A DNA stretch of 64,000 bases from a bacterium (GCA_963662285.2 CAXXMV010000008.1:1504001-1568000); one strand, 5' to 3'; shown: positions 46,090 through 56,968, counted from the first letter of the stretch. The notes: generated by a model not told the origin, from the sequence alone. Made by a program: numbers and translations.

Positions 46090-48135
46090 TTATTTTCTCA
46101 ATCCGATCCGGTTAAAGGGAATCTCTTTGAAACCTAACTTAAATGCTGGCGAATCGGGTTTCAAATTAAAATTCTGTTTTTCGGCATCTACAAAATGCGG
46201 GTCTTGATCGATCATATTATCTTCTAATTTAATGAACTCACGGGCTTCTTTATATATTCCATCCCATTTGCCGCCCCAGCTGATATTACGCACGATGGTA
46301 TTGCCTATCGGGGCTTTGGGATTTTCGTTGAGAATATTGATCAATTCAGGATAACGTTCGCTGTAAGGCGGTTTGTTATAGGCGATGCCCGATATGGTGT
46401 CTTTCTCATTCGCTTCCTTGATCCATCCGTCCGCATGATCCGCACACCAACCCAAGGCTCTGGCGTCGATATGCAAAGCCGGATCGCAATCCACGAAGAT
46501 ATTATTTTCAACCGTACAATCCCTGCCGCCGCCTATAAAGGCCGCCCGCGTCACCTTATAGAAAACATTACCATACATGGTTGCAGATGCGAACATGTCA
46601 TCCAGATAGACTCCAACGCACCCGCGATCCTCGAATCCTGTGATGTGATGCAGGTAGTTGTAGCGGATCATGTGACCGCGCATGGTCCAGTTGCGTCCGG
46701 CGTACATGGCGCCTGCGTCATTTGATTCCATGCAGACATGATGCATTTCGTTGAACTCGAATATATGATCGTTGCCGCCGAACATGATGCCGATATGAGG
46801 AGCGGTATGGATCAGGTTATGCGATGCCCGGTTGCCTACGCCGTAGATAGAAATACCAGGGGTATACATACGGTTGATCCGTCCATAGTGGTGGATATGG
46901 TTGTTATCGGCGTATAGGCCGCCGGGAGTCAGCGTAGTGCGGTCTCCACCAGTGAGGGATATCCCCCCGCCGCCGGTGCGATAGACTTCGCATCCGGTAA
47001 CGCAGTGTTCGAGTCCCGATAGAGAAGCGCCGCCGGCGCCGGTATTCCTGATAACGCATCCGGATAGTTGAATGCCTTTCCCGCCTTTGGCCGTGAAAGC
47101 CGTACTACGCGACGCTTCCAGGGTGAAACCGTTAAAGGTAACGTAAGACGCATCATTGATTACTACCAGGTTGGGAATAATAGACATGACGGTATTGGCG
47201 TCATCAATTGATTCCGGCGGCCAGAAATAAAGAACGCCCTGCTCACGGTCGATATACCACTCTCCGGGCGAGTCCAATTCACTGAGCATATTGAACGCGT
47301 AATACCACTGACCTTTACGGTATCCATAGCCATGATAAGGCTTCTTCAGCGATATAATGGAATTGGCGGCGTCAATCGATTCGATGGGCTGGCGTTGATC
47401 CGACCAGTCCCAGAACCAATAGCCATGCAGCCAGGGGTCTGACTCCTTAATCCAGCGCGTGGGACGTTCGCCGTCGTATTTGAATTTCCCGGTTTTGCTG
47501 CCCTTATTGCCGTGAATTTGATGTCCATCCTCTACCACAAGATCAGCTATTTTCACAAAGCCCTCATTAGGCCAACGTGATAAAGTCATCGGTTTATCAT
47601 TGAAGAACAGTTCAGCGCCGCCTTTATCGGCTTGACCATAATCGGTGATGCCCAGTGATTTCAAGTCTGCGCTCACCACGCATCCCCGCGCTTTTTCATC
47701 CAGCCGCTTTAATGTCTCAGTATCCGAGACTATCTTAAATCCAGTAATCAGCGAGCCGCCAACCAGACGCGCATTCTCTCCAGGATATGACGTATAAATA
47801 ATTGGAGAGTTCTCCAAACCTGAATCGTCTTTGTTCAATTCAAATGGTTTATCGAGGTAATAGATGCCTTCACGCACGATAACCTTTACGCCCCGGACCG
47901 GAAATGATTTCTCTTCCTTCATTGCGCGTATTTCATCCCGCGCCCGTTCCAATGTGGCGAACGGGCCATCGGTTTTAGCATCGTTAGGCTCTGGCAGCCG
48001 TCCTTGCCACGAATCATTTCCAGTTTGTGAAACATACAAATTAACCTGACTCAAATCAGGGCAGGCGGGCGCTGAACATAGCGCTATCAATAAACCGATA
48101 AATACCGTCCATACAATATTTTTATCATTAATCAT
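46090..48135 (-). CDS. Right-handed parallel beta-helix protein (pectin-lyase-like glycan-processing enzyme)
   Basis: YVSQTGNDSW.G...DGPFATLERARDEIR, DAGAMY and GVYLDD motifs; repeated NxI/NxF strands. Confidence 0.85.
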   Translation of the reverse strand: MINDKNIVWTVFIGLLIALCSAPACPDLSQVNLYVSQTGNDSWQGRLPEPNDAKTDGPFATLERARDEIRAMKEEKSFPVRGVKVIVREGIYYLDKPFELNKDDSGLENSPIIYTSYPGENARLVGGSLITGFKIVSDTETLKRLDEKARGCVVSADLKSLGITDYGQADKGGAELFFNDKPMTLSRWPNEGFVKIADLVVEDGHQIHGNKGSKTGKFKYDGERPTRWIKESDPWLHGYWFWDWSDQRQPIESIDAANSIISLKKPYHGYGYRKGQWYYAFNMLSELDSPGEWYIDREQGVLYFWPPESIDDANTVMSIIPNLVVINDASYVTFNGFTLEASRSTAFTAKGGKGIQLSGCVIRNTGAGGASLSGLEHCVTGCEVYRTGGGGISLTGGDRTTLTPGGLYADNNHIHHYGRINRMYTPGISIYGVGNRASHNLIHTAPHIGIMFGGNDHIFEFNEMHHVCMESNDAGAMYAGRNWTMRGHMIRYNYLHHITGFEDRGCVGVYLDDMFASATMYGNVFYKVTRAAFIGGGRDCTVENNIFVDCDPALHIDARALGWCADHADGWIKEANEKDTISGIAYNKPPYSERYPELINILNENPKAPIGNTIVRNISWGGKWDGIYKEAREFIKLEDNMIDQDPHFVDAEKQNFNLKPDSPAFKLGFKEIPFNRIGLRK

Positions 48136-48267
48136 GTTGTCACCTCTCAATTTGATTTATTCAACTATAGAGCGCAGAGTGAGGGGAATATCCCCAATCA
48201 CTTACGTTAATAAAATTAAGGGCGCCCGTTTTCGTACCGATATTCGTTGTTCGGAGCAGCCACTTTT

Positions 48268-49584
48268 TTATGGTTTATGATCGGGATTAACCGCTGTTCG
48301 TTTTCTCATTGCGCGTTGTAGGTCTTCCTTATTTTTGCGTGCATCAATGTAGTCGGCCTCCCAGAAGAGGATTTGGCTGGCGCCCAGTTGGTCGGCTACA
48401 TCGAATTCGCGGTGTACGTCCTCAATCGAATTCGGAACCCAGGCGTACAACCACACGTCTACTTTGCCTTCCGTCTCTTCCTTGAGCGCCTTGTAGGCCA
48501 GTTCGGATGAGCCGCCGTTCATGTAATAGCCAGCTGCTACTATCGAATCCACTAATCCTTCCTGCGCCCAGGTTCTGACGTCGAGCAGCATCCCGCGCAG
48601 GTTCCCGTCGATTTTGTTGTTTAATCCGCGATATCCCCAAGGCTGCATAACCATTGCGCTGATGGAAATCCCCGGCCGTTTCTGGGTCGCCAGCGTGCGG
48701 ACTTCGCGCATGAATTGCGTATGCGGTCTCGCGCGAAGCCGCACCCAGCGTTCGTCTCCATTGGGAATCGAATGTGGATCAACGCCGTATCGTTCGGTGA
48801 ATTCGCGCACTAGAGGTTCTTCATAGCCCCGGTCGGCTACGCCCTCCGCATCGTTCTGCGGGTCGTCGCGCACGTCGCCTGTGCGAATCCAATCCAGAAA
48901 TAAGCCGTCTACGTCATAATTGTCGAGAATCTCGGCGACGATGCCGAGTTTATAGGTTATCACTTCCGGGAACGCGAAACTCTGCTGGCTGCGGTAGAAA
49001 TCACCATTCCGTTTACGCCAGCGTGTCTCTTTGTGCTGTTTGCTGAATCGGCTTTCCAATCCCCAGCCGTGGTCGTCCTCGTTGATTGATAACCATGCAT
49101 GGATCTCCAGCCCGATCTGGTGGCCATACTTCACCGCTTCGCGTAATGTGTCAAATTTGCTGTAGTCGTTGCGTTCTAATTTATCGAGCAAGGTCTGGCG
49201 ATCTTCGGCTGATTTACCGCCAGTAAACCGCTCCGTCAATTTCACATCTTCCGGCGCGATGGGATGCCAGAAATTGTCGTTGTCCCATTTGCCTTGGGGT
49301 TCCATCAACTTACTGTTGTATAGCGACCGGCCGCCATCCAGCGCACGCCAGTATACCCGCGTCCAACCGCAAGCCTTGCAGGCATCCAGCATGCGCCGCA
49401 CTCCTGCAGCGCCCCATTCCACCCCATCGCGCATCATCCAGTCTGGATGGGTTAGTGGTGCGCTCAGTACAAGCTCTCTCGGCGGTGGTTCGACGGTATT
49501 TTCTTCCGCGTTAACCAGAGTAATAAAGCAGAGGAATGCTCCCGCAATAATCCACATCGCCCAGGAATTTCTAAATTTCAACAT
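48268..49584 (-). CDS. GHL10-like (family 10 glycosyl hydrolase-like) TIM-barrel protein
   Basis: Signal peptide; GLEIHAW and EILDNYDVDGLFLDWIR motifs. Confidence 0.75.
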   Translation of the reverse strand: MLKFRNSWAMWIIAGAFLCFITLVNAEENTVEPPPRELVLSAPLTHPDWMMRDGVEWGAAGVRRMLDACKACGWTRVYWRALDGGRSLYNSKLMEPQGKWDNDNFWHPIAPEDVKLTERFTGGKSAEDRQTLLDKLERNDYSKFDTLREAVKYGHQIGLEIHAWLSINEDDHGWGLESRFSKQHKETRWRKRNGDFYRSQQSFAFPEVITYKLGIVAEILDNYDVDGLFLDWIRTGDVRDDPQNDAEGVADRGYEEPLVREFTERYGVDPHSIPNGDERWVRLRARPHTQFMREVRTLATQKRPGISISAMVMQPWGYRGLNNKIDGNLRGMLLDVRTWAQEGLVDSIVAAGYYMNGGSSELAYKALKEETEGKVDVWLYAWVPNSIEDVHREFDVADQLGASQILFWEADYIDARKNKEDLQRAMRKRTAVNPDHKP

Positions 49585-49603
49585 TTTATGCGCTCCGAGA
49601 ATA

Positions 49604-49704
49604 GTTTTTTTTGTTGGTTGACGTTATTGGATTAACGTAGGTGTATTCAAGGGTAGAAAATACACTACCCTTGGCGCCCGTTTTGATCTTGCCCTTGGCG
49701 CCCA
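49604..49704 (+). repeat. Family B REP plus ~40-bp conserved flank and an extra half-REP
   Basis: Inverted copy of 53514-53588. Confidence 0.8.
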
Positions 49705-49734
49705 TCTTATGTTGTGTAGATTTTGTTGCTTTTA

Positions 49735-50901
49735 TTAATCCGTTTTATCGAATTGGGGAATCTTCAACGATTCGCCATCTTTGAGTGCGGAATTGTGGGC
49801 GATAATTCCCGGGACGGTCATAGCCAACGCCTCATAAACATTGACCAGAGGTTCCCGATCTTCGAGGATGGCGGTGATGAATTCGTTGGATAACTGGCCA
49901 TGAGAGCCGCCGTGTCCACCAGGAGGAACTGCTGGCGGCAGGGCTGGACGCGTGATATCGGGCAATGATTGCATTTGACCATGATAGTCGACGCCTTCCA
50001 TCCAGCCGCGTTCGCCGAAGACCCGGCCTCTTTCCGCAACCAGACCTGATATGCCCTTGCACATCAGTATGCGCGATGAGCCGCCTTCACTGGTTTTAAA
50101 CAGCGCCACTTCATCGGTGAAGGTATTGTTGTATTTATTAGCGCCCGGTTTGTAGGCATCGTAACCAGCGTTTGAACCGCTGCATGATACTGAGGTGAAA
50201 CGTCCGCCCGTCACTCCGATGTAGTAAGCAGCAGAGTGGGTGGGATACCAGAGCGGCGGCGAGCCTTTGCGCCATTCTTTGTATGAGCCAAGCGTTGTTG
50301 GACCGTAATGGTAATACTCGCCTTCCGAATAGATCAGTTTACCGAATCCCCCGGCTTTATATATTTGGCGCATGGCGTAACAATCCGGCCGGAAGCAACT
50401 GGTTTCCGCCATCATGTATTTTTTGCCGCTCTTCTGCACGGCTTCCACTAAACGGCCTGCGTCTTCCAGCGATCCAAAGACCGCAGGCACCGCTGTCATG
50501 ACATGTTTGCCATGATTGAGTACTGTGATGCAGTGTCGGGCATGACTTGGCGCATCCGTCGCTACAAAGACGGCTTCGATCTTTGGATCTTTGACCAACT
50601 CTTCCAACGAGTCATAAGATTTACCGCAACGGCATCGCTCCATTAATTCTTCGCGTCGTTCTGCTATCAAATCGCTGACCGCGATGACCTCGACGTTGGG
50701 GTGATCCTGGAATCCGAATTGGGCGCCGAACTTGCATACTCCATAACCGACGATGCCAACCCTGATTTTACGGTCGGAAGTCGGCGTCCATATTTTCTCC
50801 TCAGCGTTTGCTGTGACCGTCGATAAACTGTGCGCAACCGCCGCTCCAAGAGTAACTGTTCCCATTGTTCCAAAAAAGTCGCGTCTTTCCATCGGTTTCA
50901 T
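49735..50901 (-). CDS. Tat-exported Gfo/Idh/MocA oxidoreductase
   Basis: ERRDFF; GIVGYG, ATDAPSH, YMMAETS and GGHGGSH. Confidence 0.9.
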   Translation of the reverse strand: MKPMERRDFFGTMGTVTLGAAVAHSLSTVTANAEEKIWTPTSDRKIRVGIVGYGVCKFGAQFGFQDHPNVEVIAVSDLIAERREELMERCRCGKSYDSLEELVKDPKIEAVFVATDAPSHARHCITVLNHGKHVMTAVPAVFGSLEDAGRLVEAVQKSGKKYMMAETSCFRPDCYAMRQIYKAGGFGKLIYSEGEYYHYGPTTLGSYKEWRKGSPPLWYPTHSAAYYIGVTGGRFTSVSCSGSNAGYDAYKPGANKYNNTFTDEVALFKTSEGGSSRILMCKGISGLVAERGRVFGERGWMEGVDYHGQMQSLPDITRPALPPAVPPGGHGGSHGQLSNEFITAILEDREPLVNVYEALAMTVPGIIAHNSALKDGESLKIPQFDKTD

Positions 50902-51205
50902 ATTAAACTCCTTCTTATATACAATAAAAATAGGGAAATTATTTTAAAACATTAATGATAAAACTACTCTATCAAAATAATCTTAAAAGGTAGAGAGCGC
51001 CAAATCAATTAGAACGATTAATTGTTGAAAATGGGTAAATCGTAGGGATCATATTTTATGTTAGGCTAGATGTTTGAATCATTCAATAAGTATTATAAAC
51101 CACTTGTGCGGCGCTATTGATTTCTGTTATAACAGGATGAGTGGGCTAAAGACGAATTGCAGGCGCCAAAACCATTTGATATCTTTTTGAAAATATGGAG
51201 ACAAC

Positions 51206-53464
51206 ATGAATACTAAGCGAATGATAAATATAACTACTGTGTTATTCGCATTATTGTTGCTGGCGATAACGAATAATACCGCAGCGGATTCAAGCGATCC
51301 TCTGGAACAATATAACGTTGTATGGGATGCGCCAAGTAAGGATCATAATGGTTCCATGCCTATCGGTAATGGCGATATAGGTATGAACGTCTGGGTTGAG
51401 CCGGATGGTGAGATAGTCATGCTGCTCTCTAAAACCGATGCCTGGAGTGAAAATGGCCGCTTGCTCAAACTAGGTAGGGTACGCATTAAACTGTCTCCCA
51501 ATCCTATAGTAGAAGGCGCTCCATTCAAACAGGTCTTACGGTTGCGTCAGGGAGAAATCGTCATTGATGCAGGTGAGGGGGATAAGGCTGTAATTATTAA
51601 AATCTGGATCGACGCCAATCATCCCGTGGTGCGCGTTGAAGCCGGTAGCGCCGCTCCATTTACGGTGCAGGCGTCGTTGGATATGTGGCGCACCGAACGC
51701 CGCCAATTGCTCGACAAGGAACTCAACAGCGCCTATGGATTGCAAAGCGCTCCATTTCCAGTTTACGTCTATCCCGACGCAATCATCAGCGACCGGGATA
51801 ATCAAATCGTCTGGTATCACCGCAATGAAACATCTATCTGGCAAAACAATCTAACCCACCAGAAAATGGATGGATTTATCCAGCAATCAACTGATCCGCT
51901 TTTGAATCTAACCTTTGGCGCTTGCATCACCGGAACCGGATTAGTCAGTAAAACTCCAACAACCTTACAATCAGACAAAACATACAAGCATCATGTTCTT
52001 TCGGTTTATCCACTTTGCGCGCAAACAGAGACCGCTGATATTTGGCAAAAGCAATTGGATAAAAATATTTCCAGTTATAGTTCAGATAATATAAAAAAAG
52101 ACCGCGACGGTCATCAGGCATGGTGGAATGAATTTTGGAACCGCAGTTGGATTCGTATTTCGGGAGCGCATGAAACCGAAGCCGTCAACCGGGGTTATGT
52201 CTTACAACGCTGGATCAGCGCCTGCGCCGGACGGGGCGCCTATCCCATCAAGTTCAACGGCACGATTTTTACTGTCGATGGCGATGGATTTGATGCTGAT
52301 TACCGCAGGTGGGGCGGGCCGTATTGGTGGCAGAACACCCGGTTGCCCTATTGGCCCATGCTGGCCAGCGGCGATTTCGATATGATGACTCCACTGTTCC
52401 GCATGTACCGGGATATGCTTCCTCTGGAGGAGTACCGCACCAGGCAATGGTTCAAGCATTCAGGGGCGTTCATCGGTGAAACAGTCTATTTCTGGGGGAT
52501 GTATAACAATGAGAACTATGGCTGGAAACGCGATAAAGATATGCCGGTTGGCCAATTGGTGAACCGCTATATCTGCCGTGAATACACCGCTTCGCTTGAG
52601 TTACTGGCTATGATGCTTGATTACTATGACTATATTGAAGACGACCAATTTTTGCAGGACAGTCTTCTTCCGATGTGCGACTCTCTGTTGAAATTCTGGG
52701 ATGAACATTATGCCAACGATGAAAACGGCAAGATGAAAATGTATCCGGCGCAGGCGCTGGAAACATTGCAGGACGCTGAAAACCCGGCTACTGATATCGC
52801 CGGGCTGCAATGGGTGCTGCAACATTTACTTACCATCAATAAAGATAAAACCGGGTTGGAACGACTGGCTTTCTGGAAAGGTCTGCTTGATAAGACGCCT
52901 CCATTGCCGATGGGCGAGAAGGATGGCAAAAAGTATATTCTGGGCGCAAGTAAGATAATCGGCGGGCGCGGCAATTCAGAAAATCCCGAACTATATACCG
53001 TTTTTCCCTTCAGGCTGTTCGGCGTCGGTAAGCCGGATATTGCAACCGGGCGTCTCACCTTCGATCTGCGCGAGGTTCAAGGTAAAAACGGTTGGCGGCA
53101 GGATGATACGCAAGCCGCATTTCTGGGATTAACCGAAACCGCCGCCAGTTATCTCGTTGAAAGGGCCAACGACAAAGATAAAGGCAGCAGGTTTCCCGCC
53201 TTTTGGGGGCCGAATTTTGATTGGATACCAGACCAGGATCATGGAGGCAATTTGCTGATGGCGTTGCAAACCATGCTGCTTCAGGCTGATGATGGCAAGA
53301 TTCATCTTATGCCTGCCTGGCCCAAAGAGTGGGACGTTGATTTCAAATTGCATGCGCCGTATAAAACCGTGCTTCAAGGTTCCATTAAAAACGGTAAAAT
53401 TGAAAACCTGAAAGTTTATCCACCGGAACGCCGCAAGGATGTGATCATCGTGACAGCCCGGTAG
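51206..53464 (+). CDS. DUF5703 / GH95-like (alpha/alpha)6 glycoside hydrolase
   Basis: GSMPIGNGDIG, PIKFNG, WGGPYWWQNTR, NSENPELY and PDQDHGG motifs. Confidence 0.8.
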   Translation: MNTKRMINITTVLFALLLLAITNNTAADSSDPLEQYNVVWDAPSKDHNGSMPIGNGDIGMNVWVEPDGEIVMLLSKTDAWSENGRLLKLGRVRIKLSPNPIVEGAPFKQVLRLRQGEIVIDAGEGDKAVIIKIWIDANHPVVRVEAGSAAPFTVQASLDMWRTERRQLLDKELNSAYGLQSAPFPVYVYPDAIISDRDNQIVWYHRNETSIWQNNLTHQKMDGFIQQSTDPLLNLTFGACITGTGLVSKTPTTLQSDKTYKHHVLSVYPLCAQTETADIWQKQLDKNISSYSSDNIKKDRDGHQAWWNEFWNRSWIRISGAHETEAVNRGYVLQRWISACAGRGAYPIKFNGTIFTVDGDGFDADYRRWGGPYWWQNTRLPYWPMLASGDFDMMTPLFRMYRDMLPLEEYRTRQWFKHSGAFIGETVYFWGMYNNENYGWKRDKDMPVGQLVNRYICREYTASLELLAMMLDYYDYIEDDQFLQDSLLPMCDSLLKFWDEHYANDENGKMKMYPAQALETLQDAENPATDIAGLQWVLQHLLTINKDKTGLERLAFWKGLLDKTPPLPMGEKDGKKYILGASKIIGGRGNSENPELYTVFPFRLFGVGKPDIATGRLTFDLREVQGKNGWRQDDTQAAFLGLTETAASYLVERANDKDKGSRFPAFWGPNFDWIPDQDHGGNLLMALQTMLLQADDGKIHLMPAWPKEWDVDFKLHAPYKTVLQGSIKNGKIENLKVYPPERRKDVIIVTAR

Positions 53465-53513
53465 ATAAGCCTATTGTTTTTAGAATCATCCTAACTTTAT
53501 ATTGGGTGGTTTG

Positions 53514-53588
53514 ATCAAGGGCAGTCCTTTTTTTTCTGCCCTTGACTACACCTACGTTAATCCAATAACGTCTACCAACAAAAAAACA
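53514..53588 (-). repeat. Family B REP plus conserved flank (inverted partner of 49604)
   Basis: CCCTTGACTACACCTACGTTAATCCAATAACGTCTACCAACAAAAAAAC. Confidence 0.8.
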
Positions 53589-53620
53589 TAGGATAAAACT
53601 GTAGGGGCGTCCTTCATGGG

Positions 53621-53820
53621 CAATGTCATTAAGTTAGACGAGTTGTCACCTCTCCCGCCGGGTGTAAAGGCCTGGGACATGGGAGAGGGCTAGGGTGAGG
53701 GGTAAATAAGGATCACTTAAGCTATTGATATAGCTGGGTGGCAAGGGCAAGAGCGCATTGCGCTCAGCCCTTGATCAAGCCACCACTGATAGGATGAAAT
53801 TCCTTAACTTAATTACATTG
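53621..53820. mobile_element. Composite IS4-like MITE (200 bp) with 10-bp TSD, inserted in a GTAG REP
   Basis: TIRs CAATGTCATTAAGTTA / CTTAACTTAATTACATTG; TSD CCTTCATGGG at 53611-20 and 53821-30. Confidence 0.85.
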
Positions 53821-53911
53821 CCTTCATGGGCGCCCAATATGACAAACTACAACAAATACCAAAAACTCCAAAGCGGAAGCCAAGGGCAACCCATTTCTTA
53901 TTCATAAATAA

Positions 53912-56900
53912 TCAAAACGATAAACGCAATGATATATTTCCCGTATTATGCTTCAAATTGATCAACAGAGCCTTCTGATCAACAAGATAACGCCATCCCT
54001 GCTGTTCAAATAATGTATCAAGTTTATCCAAAGCGCCGCTTGATTCGATAGCAACCTCGCTCGGAGGCTCATCAACCGGAGCAATAAGTATTGCCGTGTT
54101 GCGTCCCTTTTTGGATTGAACGGAAAATTCAAGATATTTCTCTGATAATGCATTATTGGTTATATCAGCGTTGGCGCTTATGCGGATTTTATCGACGCCA
54201 GCTTGACCGGGAAAAACGGTTCGGATATTCAAACTGTTGCCTTGCAGCGCATGAAGGTTAGTCATGATGTTTTCAGGATTAATCCACGCGCCATTGGCCC
54301 TGGTAAAATATTCACCGTAACTATCCGGCAGCGTACCGATGTATTCACCCTCAGTCATTTGCTGAAGCATGGCGGAATTAACAATTCCGGTAGCGATCTT
54401 CAACCAGGGATATGAATCATCAAATGGCGCCAGTTCCTGCAAGGCGTACGAATAAACCAACCCGCACCACTGCACCGGAACGCCTAACCAAGTGTGATGA
54501 AAAAACGTAGTACCAAAAATCGGGATAGTAGCATAACGCTGTAATGGACGATCCTCCAGATTCCATAAATAATGAAAAGGTATACCGCTTTTCGCCCAAT
54601 AAACCGCCTTATCAAGATACTTACGGTTCCCGGTTATTTGAAATGCATCAAGGTTCGCTCGCGCTCCATGAGCCGATACCAGGATATCCGCCGCCGCTAT
54701 GGGACACTCCCATCCCTGCGCTCCACGGGGGACGCTGCGTCGGTTCAAGGCTTCTAATGCTTTTAGCCCGCTTCGGGTGACTGCATCATCGCCTGTGATT
54801 AACGCCAGACGCATCAGAAACATTGCATTGGGTGAGATGGTTCCAGAAACTACCTGCCCCTCACCACCCAGCATCTGGCGATCTTTAGAAGGATGAAATC
54901 CCCATCCACCTTCAGGATTCTGCGACGCCCGCATACTAGAAGCCTGACGCATCCATTGAGGTAAAAGCGCTTCGGTCACTCCCCAATAGAAAGCAGGCTC
55001 AAACCGCATTACATGACATCCAGCGGGAGAACCTAAACCTGCGACGCCTTGAGTTTCAAGTATGTGTTTATGAACCAGCTGAGAACGCTGGCGTGCTGTC
55101 TGCTGATCTGCACCGCCTGGATTCAGAAAAACATCCAGATCAAGCAACGCCAACATTCCACCGGAACTAAGCGCACTCCATCCGGCGCAATGCCCCCAAC
55201 CCTTGGCGTCTTCATTCCAGCATGTATGTAAATAAGCCTGGCGGCTAAGTTGAATTTCCTCCGCATAACTCCTTGGCGCAGGCATAGGATCAGGAAAAGG
55301 ATTGCCGCCATAATGATTCTTGCCATAAATCTGCAACCATGCATCCAATGCGTCATTGGGATCATCGCTTTTCGATAAATACAACACGCTACCGATAGTA
55401 ACCGGGCGCTCCTGTTGCATGATGTATGGTTCAAAAGCCATGTCGTGGTTTTCCAAAGTAAAATCTGGAACATTCGGGATGAACAATCCGAAGAGACTAT
55501 TCTCTTGTCCATAGAGCCGGTTAGGAACGGCAAACTTAAGCGAATAACCACGCCGCCCTGGCGCCCATTCCAGATTAGCAGGCCACAACAGCGAAATGAG
55601 ATTTCCTTGATGAGTCAGCGACATATATGGAATGGTGTTCTTGTATGGATGCGGGATATACTGGTCGCGCACCGGAGGATGAGCGACGGCATCACTGGAA
55701 GAGACCGCATCCCGGTCCAGATATTCGATGCCCGGCAATACCGCCATATCTTTCGCACCGCCAAACGAGGCTTCCCCGATATACATTTCCGGTCCGGAGA
55801 AATAGAGCAAACGGCCTCCATTTGATGTAAGATAGTATTGATAACGAAAAGCGTCTGGAAGATTACTCAGTTTTTCTATAGAGCCGGTAAAGTTCCATTC
55901 ACGTCCATCCCGGTCAATAATTGTTTTGCTGAAACCAAGTCTTGAGATATTGTCGCTATCACCTTGAAACTGCAATTTATCCACCATAACCGGGTACAAA
56001 CCTATTGAACCATCGTTATGAAGTATCTTGATCAACGATAAATAAGGCATAACCGCCAGTTGAGACTTGTTTTGATCAAGGATCAACGCCGAACCATAAC
56101 CCATTTTGGTTTGAAAGAGACTGATTGAAAACTTATCACCTTCGATGACAACCTTATTTTTATCTGCTGAATCGCTGACAATGGTTATGAGTGATTGCAA
56201 CGCTCCAGCGGATTTATTGGATTCATCCCGGTCGCCCGATTCCCATTGGCACGAAACGCTCTTCATGCATTCTTCATTTATTTTTATATCCCAGGAGGCT
56301 TCCCCTCTTTCAAAAGGCGGGATGATAAGCGTCTTGGTTTGGGGAGCGTCATCATTGCCGTCCAGCCCAGTCAACGAAAGTTTCACCATTCCTTCAGCGT
56401 CTCCCTCATTGCGGTAACATGCCGTCAACTGAAAGGCTTGGCCGGGATTCGCTATAGGCTTATTAGGGTGAAAGAATACCGGTTTAATGATTGCCCCGGC
56501 GCGGTCGATGATCTTAAAGGAAGCAAGCCTGATTTTCGCCTTAGCATCAGTTGGATCAAGCCGCAAACGGATTATTTCACCCTTCCATTCGACATGGTTG
56601 GACAAAATCATGGTATATGAATGAAATTGGCCATCTGTACTCAAAGGCAGTTTTTTGCTTTTTCCCTCAGTGAAATTCGGATCATCCCTGGTCGCCCAAA
56701 AAAGTTGCAGCTGGGCGCCGCTGGTAACACTCATCTCAAAAACTATGGCTGCGTATTTTGCTGCATCAAAGTTCAACGCATTACTTTGAATATATGGATC
56801 AGCAGCGGTGGATTCAAATTGAAGGCCCCGCTGCGTCTGTTGTAATTGGCTTACATCATGCGCAGGGCGCCAATCCGAGGTCTGATTCAGATTACGCAAG

Positions 56901-56968
56901 ACATCCAGCGCCATGATGTTCATAGTTAATCCCAGAGTAAGAATAGCAACGAGGGTTATACGTTTCAT
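53912..56968 (-). CDS. Large secreted hypothetical protein (N-terminal CBM-like module, probable C-terminal alpha/alpha-barrel enzyme)
   Basis: Signal peptide; ADPY..QLFW..WKGEIIRLRLDP module; QNPEGGW and PVQWCGLVY helical region. Confidence 0.7.
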   Translation of the reverse strand: MKRITLVAILTLGLTMNIMALDVLRNLNQTSDWRPAHDVSQLQQTQRGLQFESTAADPYIQSNALNFDAAKYAAIVFEMSVTSGAQLQLFWATRDDPNFTEGKSKKLPLSTDGQFHSYTMILSNHVEWKGEIIRLRLDPTDAKAKIRLASFKIIDRAGAIIKPVFFHPNKPIANPGQAFQLTACYRNEGDAEGMVKLSLTGLDGNDDAPQTKTLIIPPFERGEASWDIKINEECMKSVSCQWESGDRDESNKSAGALQSLITIVSDSADKNKVVIEGDKFSISLFQTKMGYGSALILDQNKSQLAVMPYLSLIKILHNDGSIGLYPVMVDKLQFQGDSDNISRLGFSKTIIDRDGREWNFTGSIEKLSNLPDAFRYQYYLTSNGGRLLYFSGPEMYIGEASFGGAKDMAVLPGIEYLDRDAVSSSDAVAHPPVRDQYIPHPYKNTIPYMSLTHQGNLISLLWPANLEWAPGRRGYSLKFAVPNRLYGQENSLFGLFIPNVPDFTLENHDMAFEPYIMQQERPVTIGSVLYLSKSDDPNDALDAWLQIYGKNHYGGNPFPDPMPAPRSYAEEIQLSRQAYLHTCWNEDAKGWGHCAGWSALSSGGMLALLDLDVFLNPGGADQQTARQRSQLVHKHILETQGVAGLGSPAGCHVMRFEPAFYWGVTEALLPQWMRQASSMRASQNPEGGWGFHPSKDRQMLGGEGQVVSGTISPNAMFLMRLALITGDDAVTRSGLKALEALNRRSVPRGAQGWECPIAAADILVSAHGARANLDAFQITGNRKYLDKAVYWAKSGIPFHYLWNLEDRPLQRYATIPIFGTTFFHHTWLGVPVQWCGLVYSYALQELAPFDDSYPWLKIATGIVNSAMLQQMTEGEYIGTLPDSYGEYFTRANGAWINPENIMTNLHALQGNSLNIRTVFPGQAGVDKIRISANADITNNALSEKYLEFSVQSKKGRNTAILIAPVDEPPSEVAIESSGALDKLDTLFEQQGWRYLVDQKALLINLKHNTGNISLRLSF

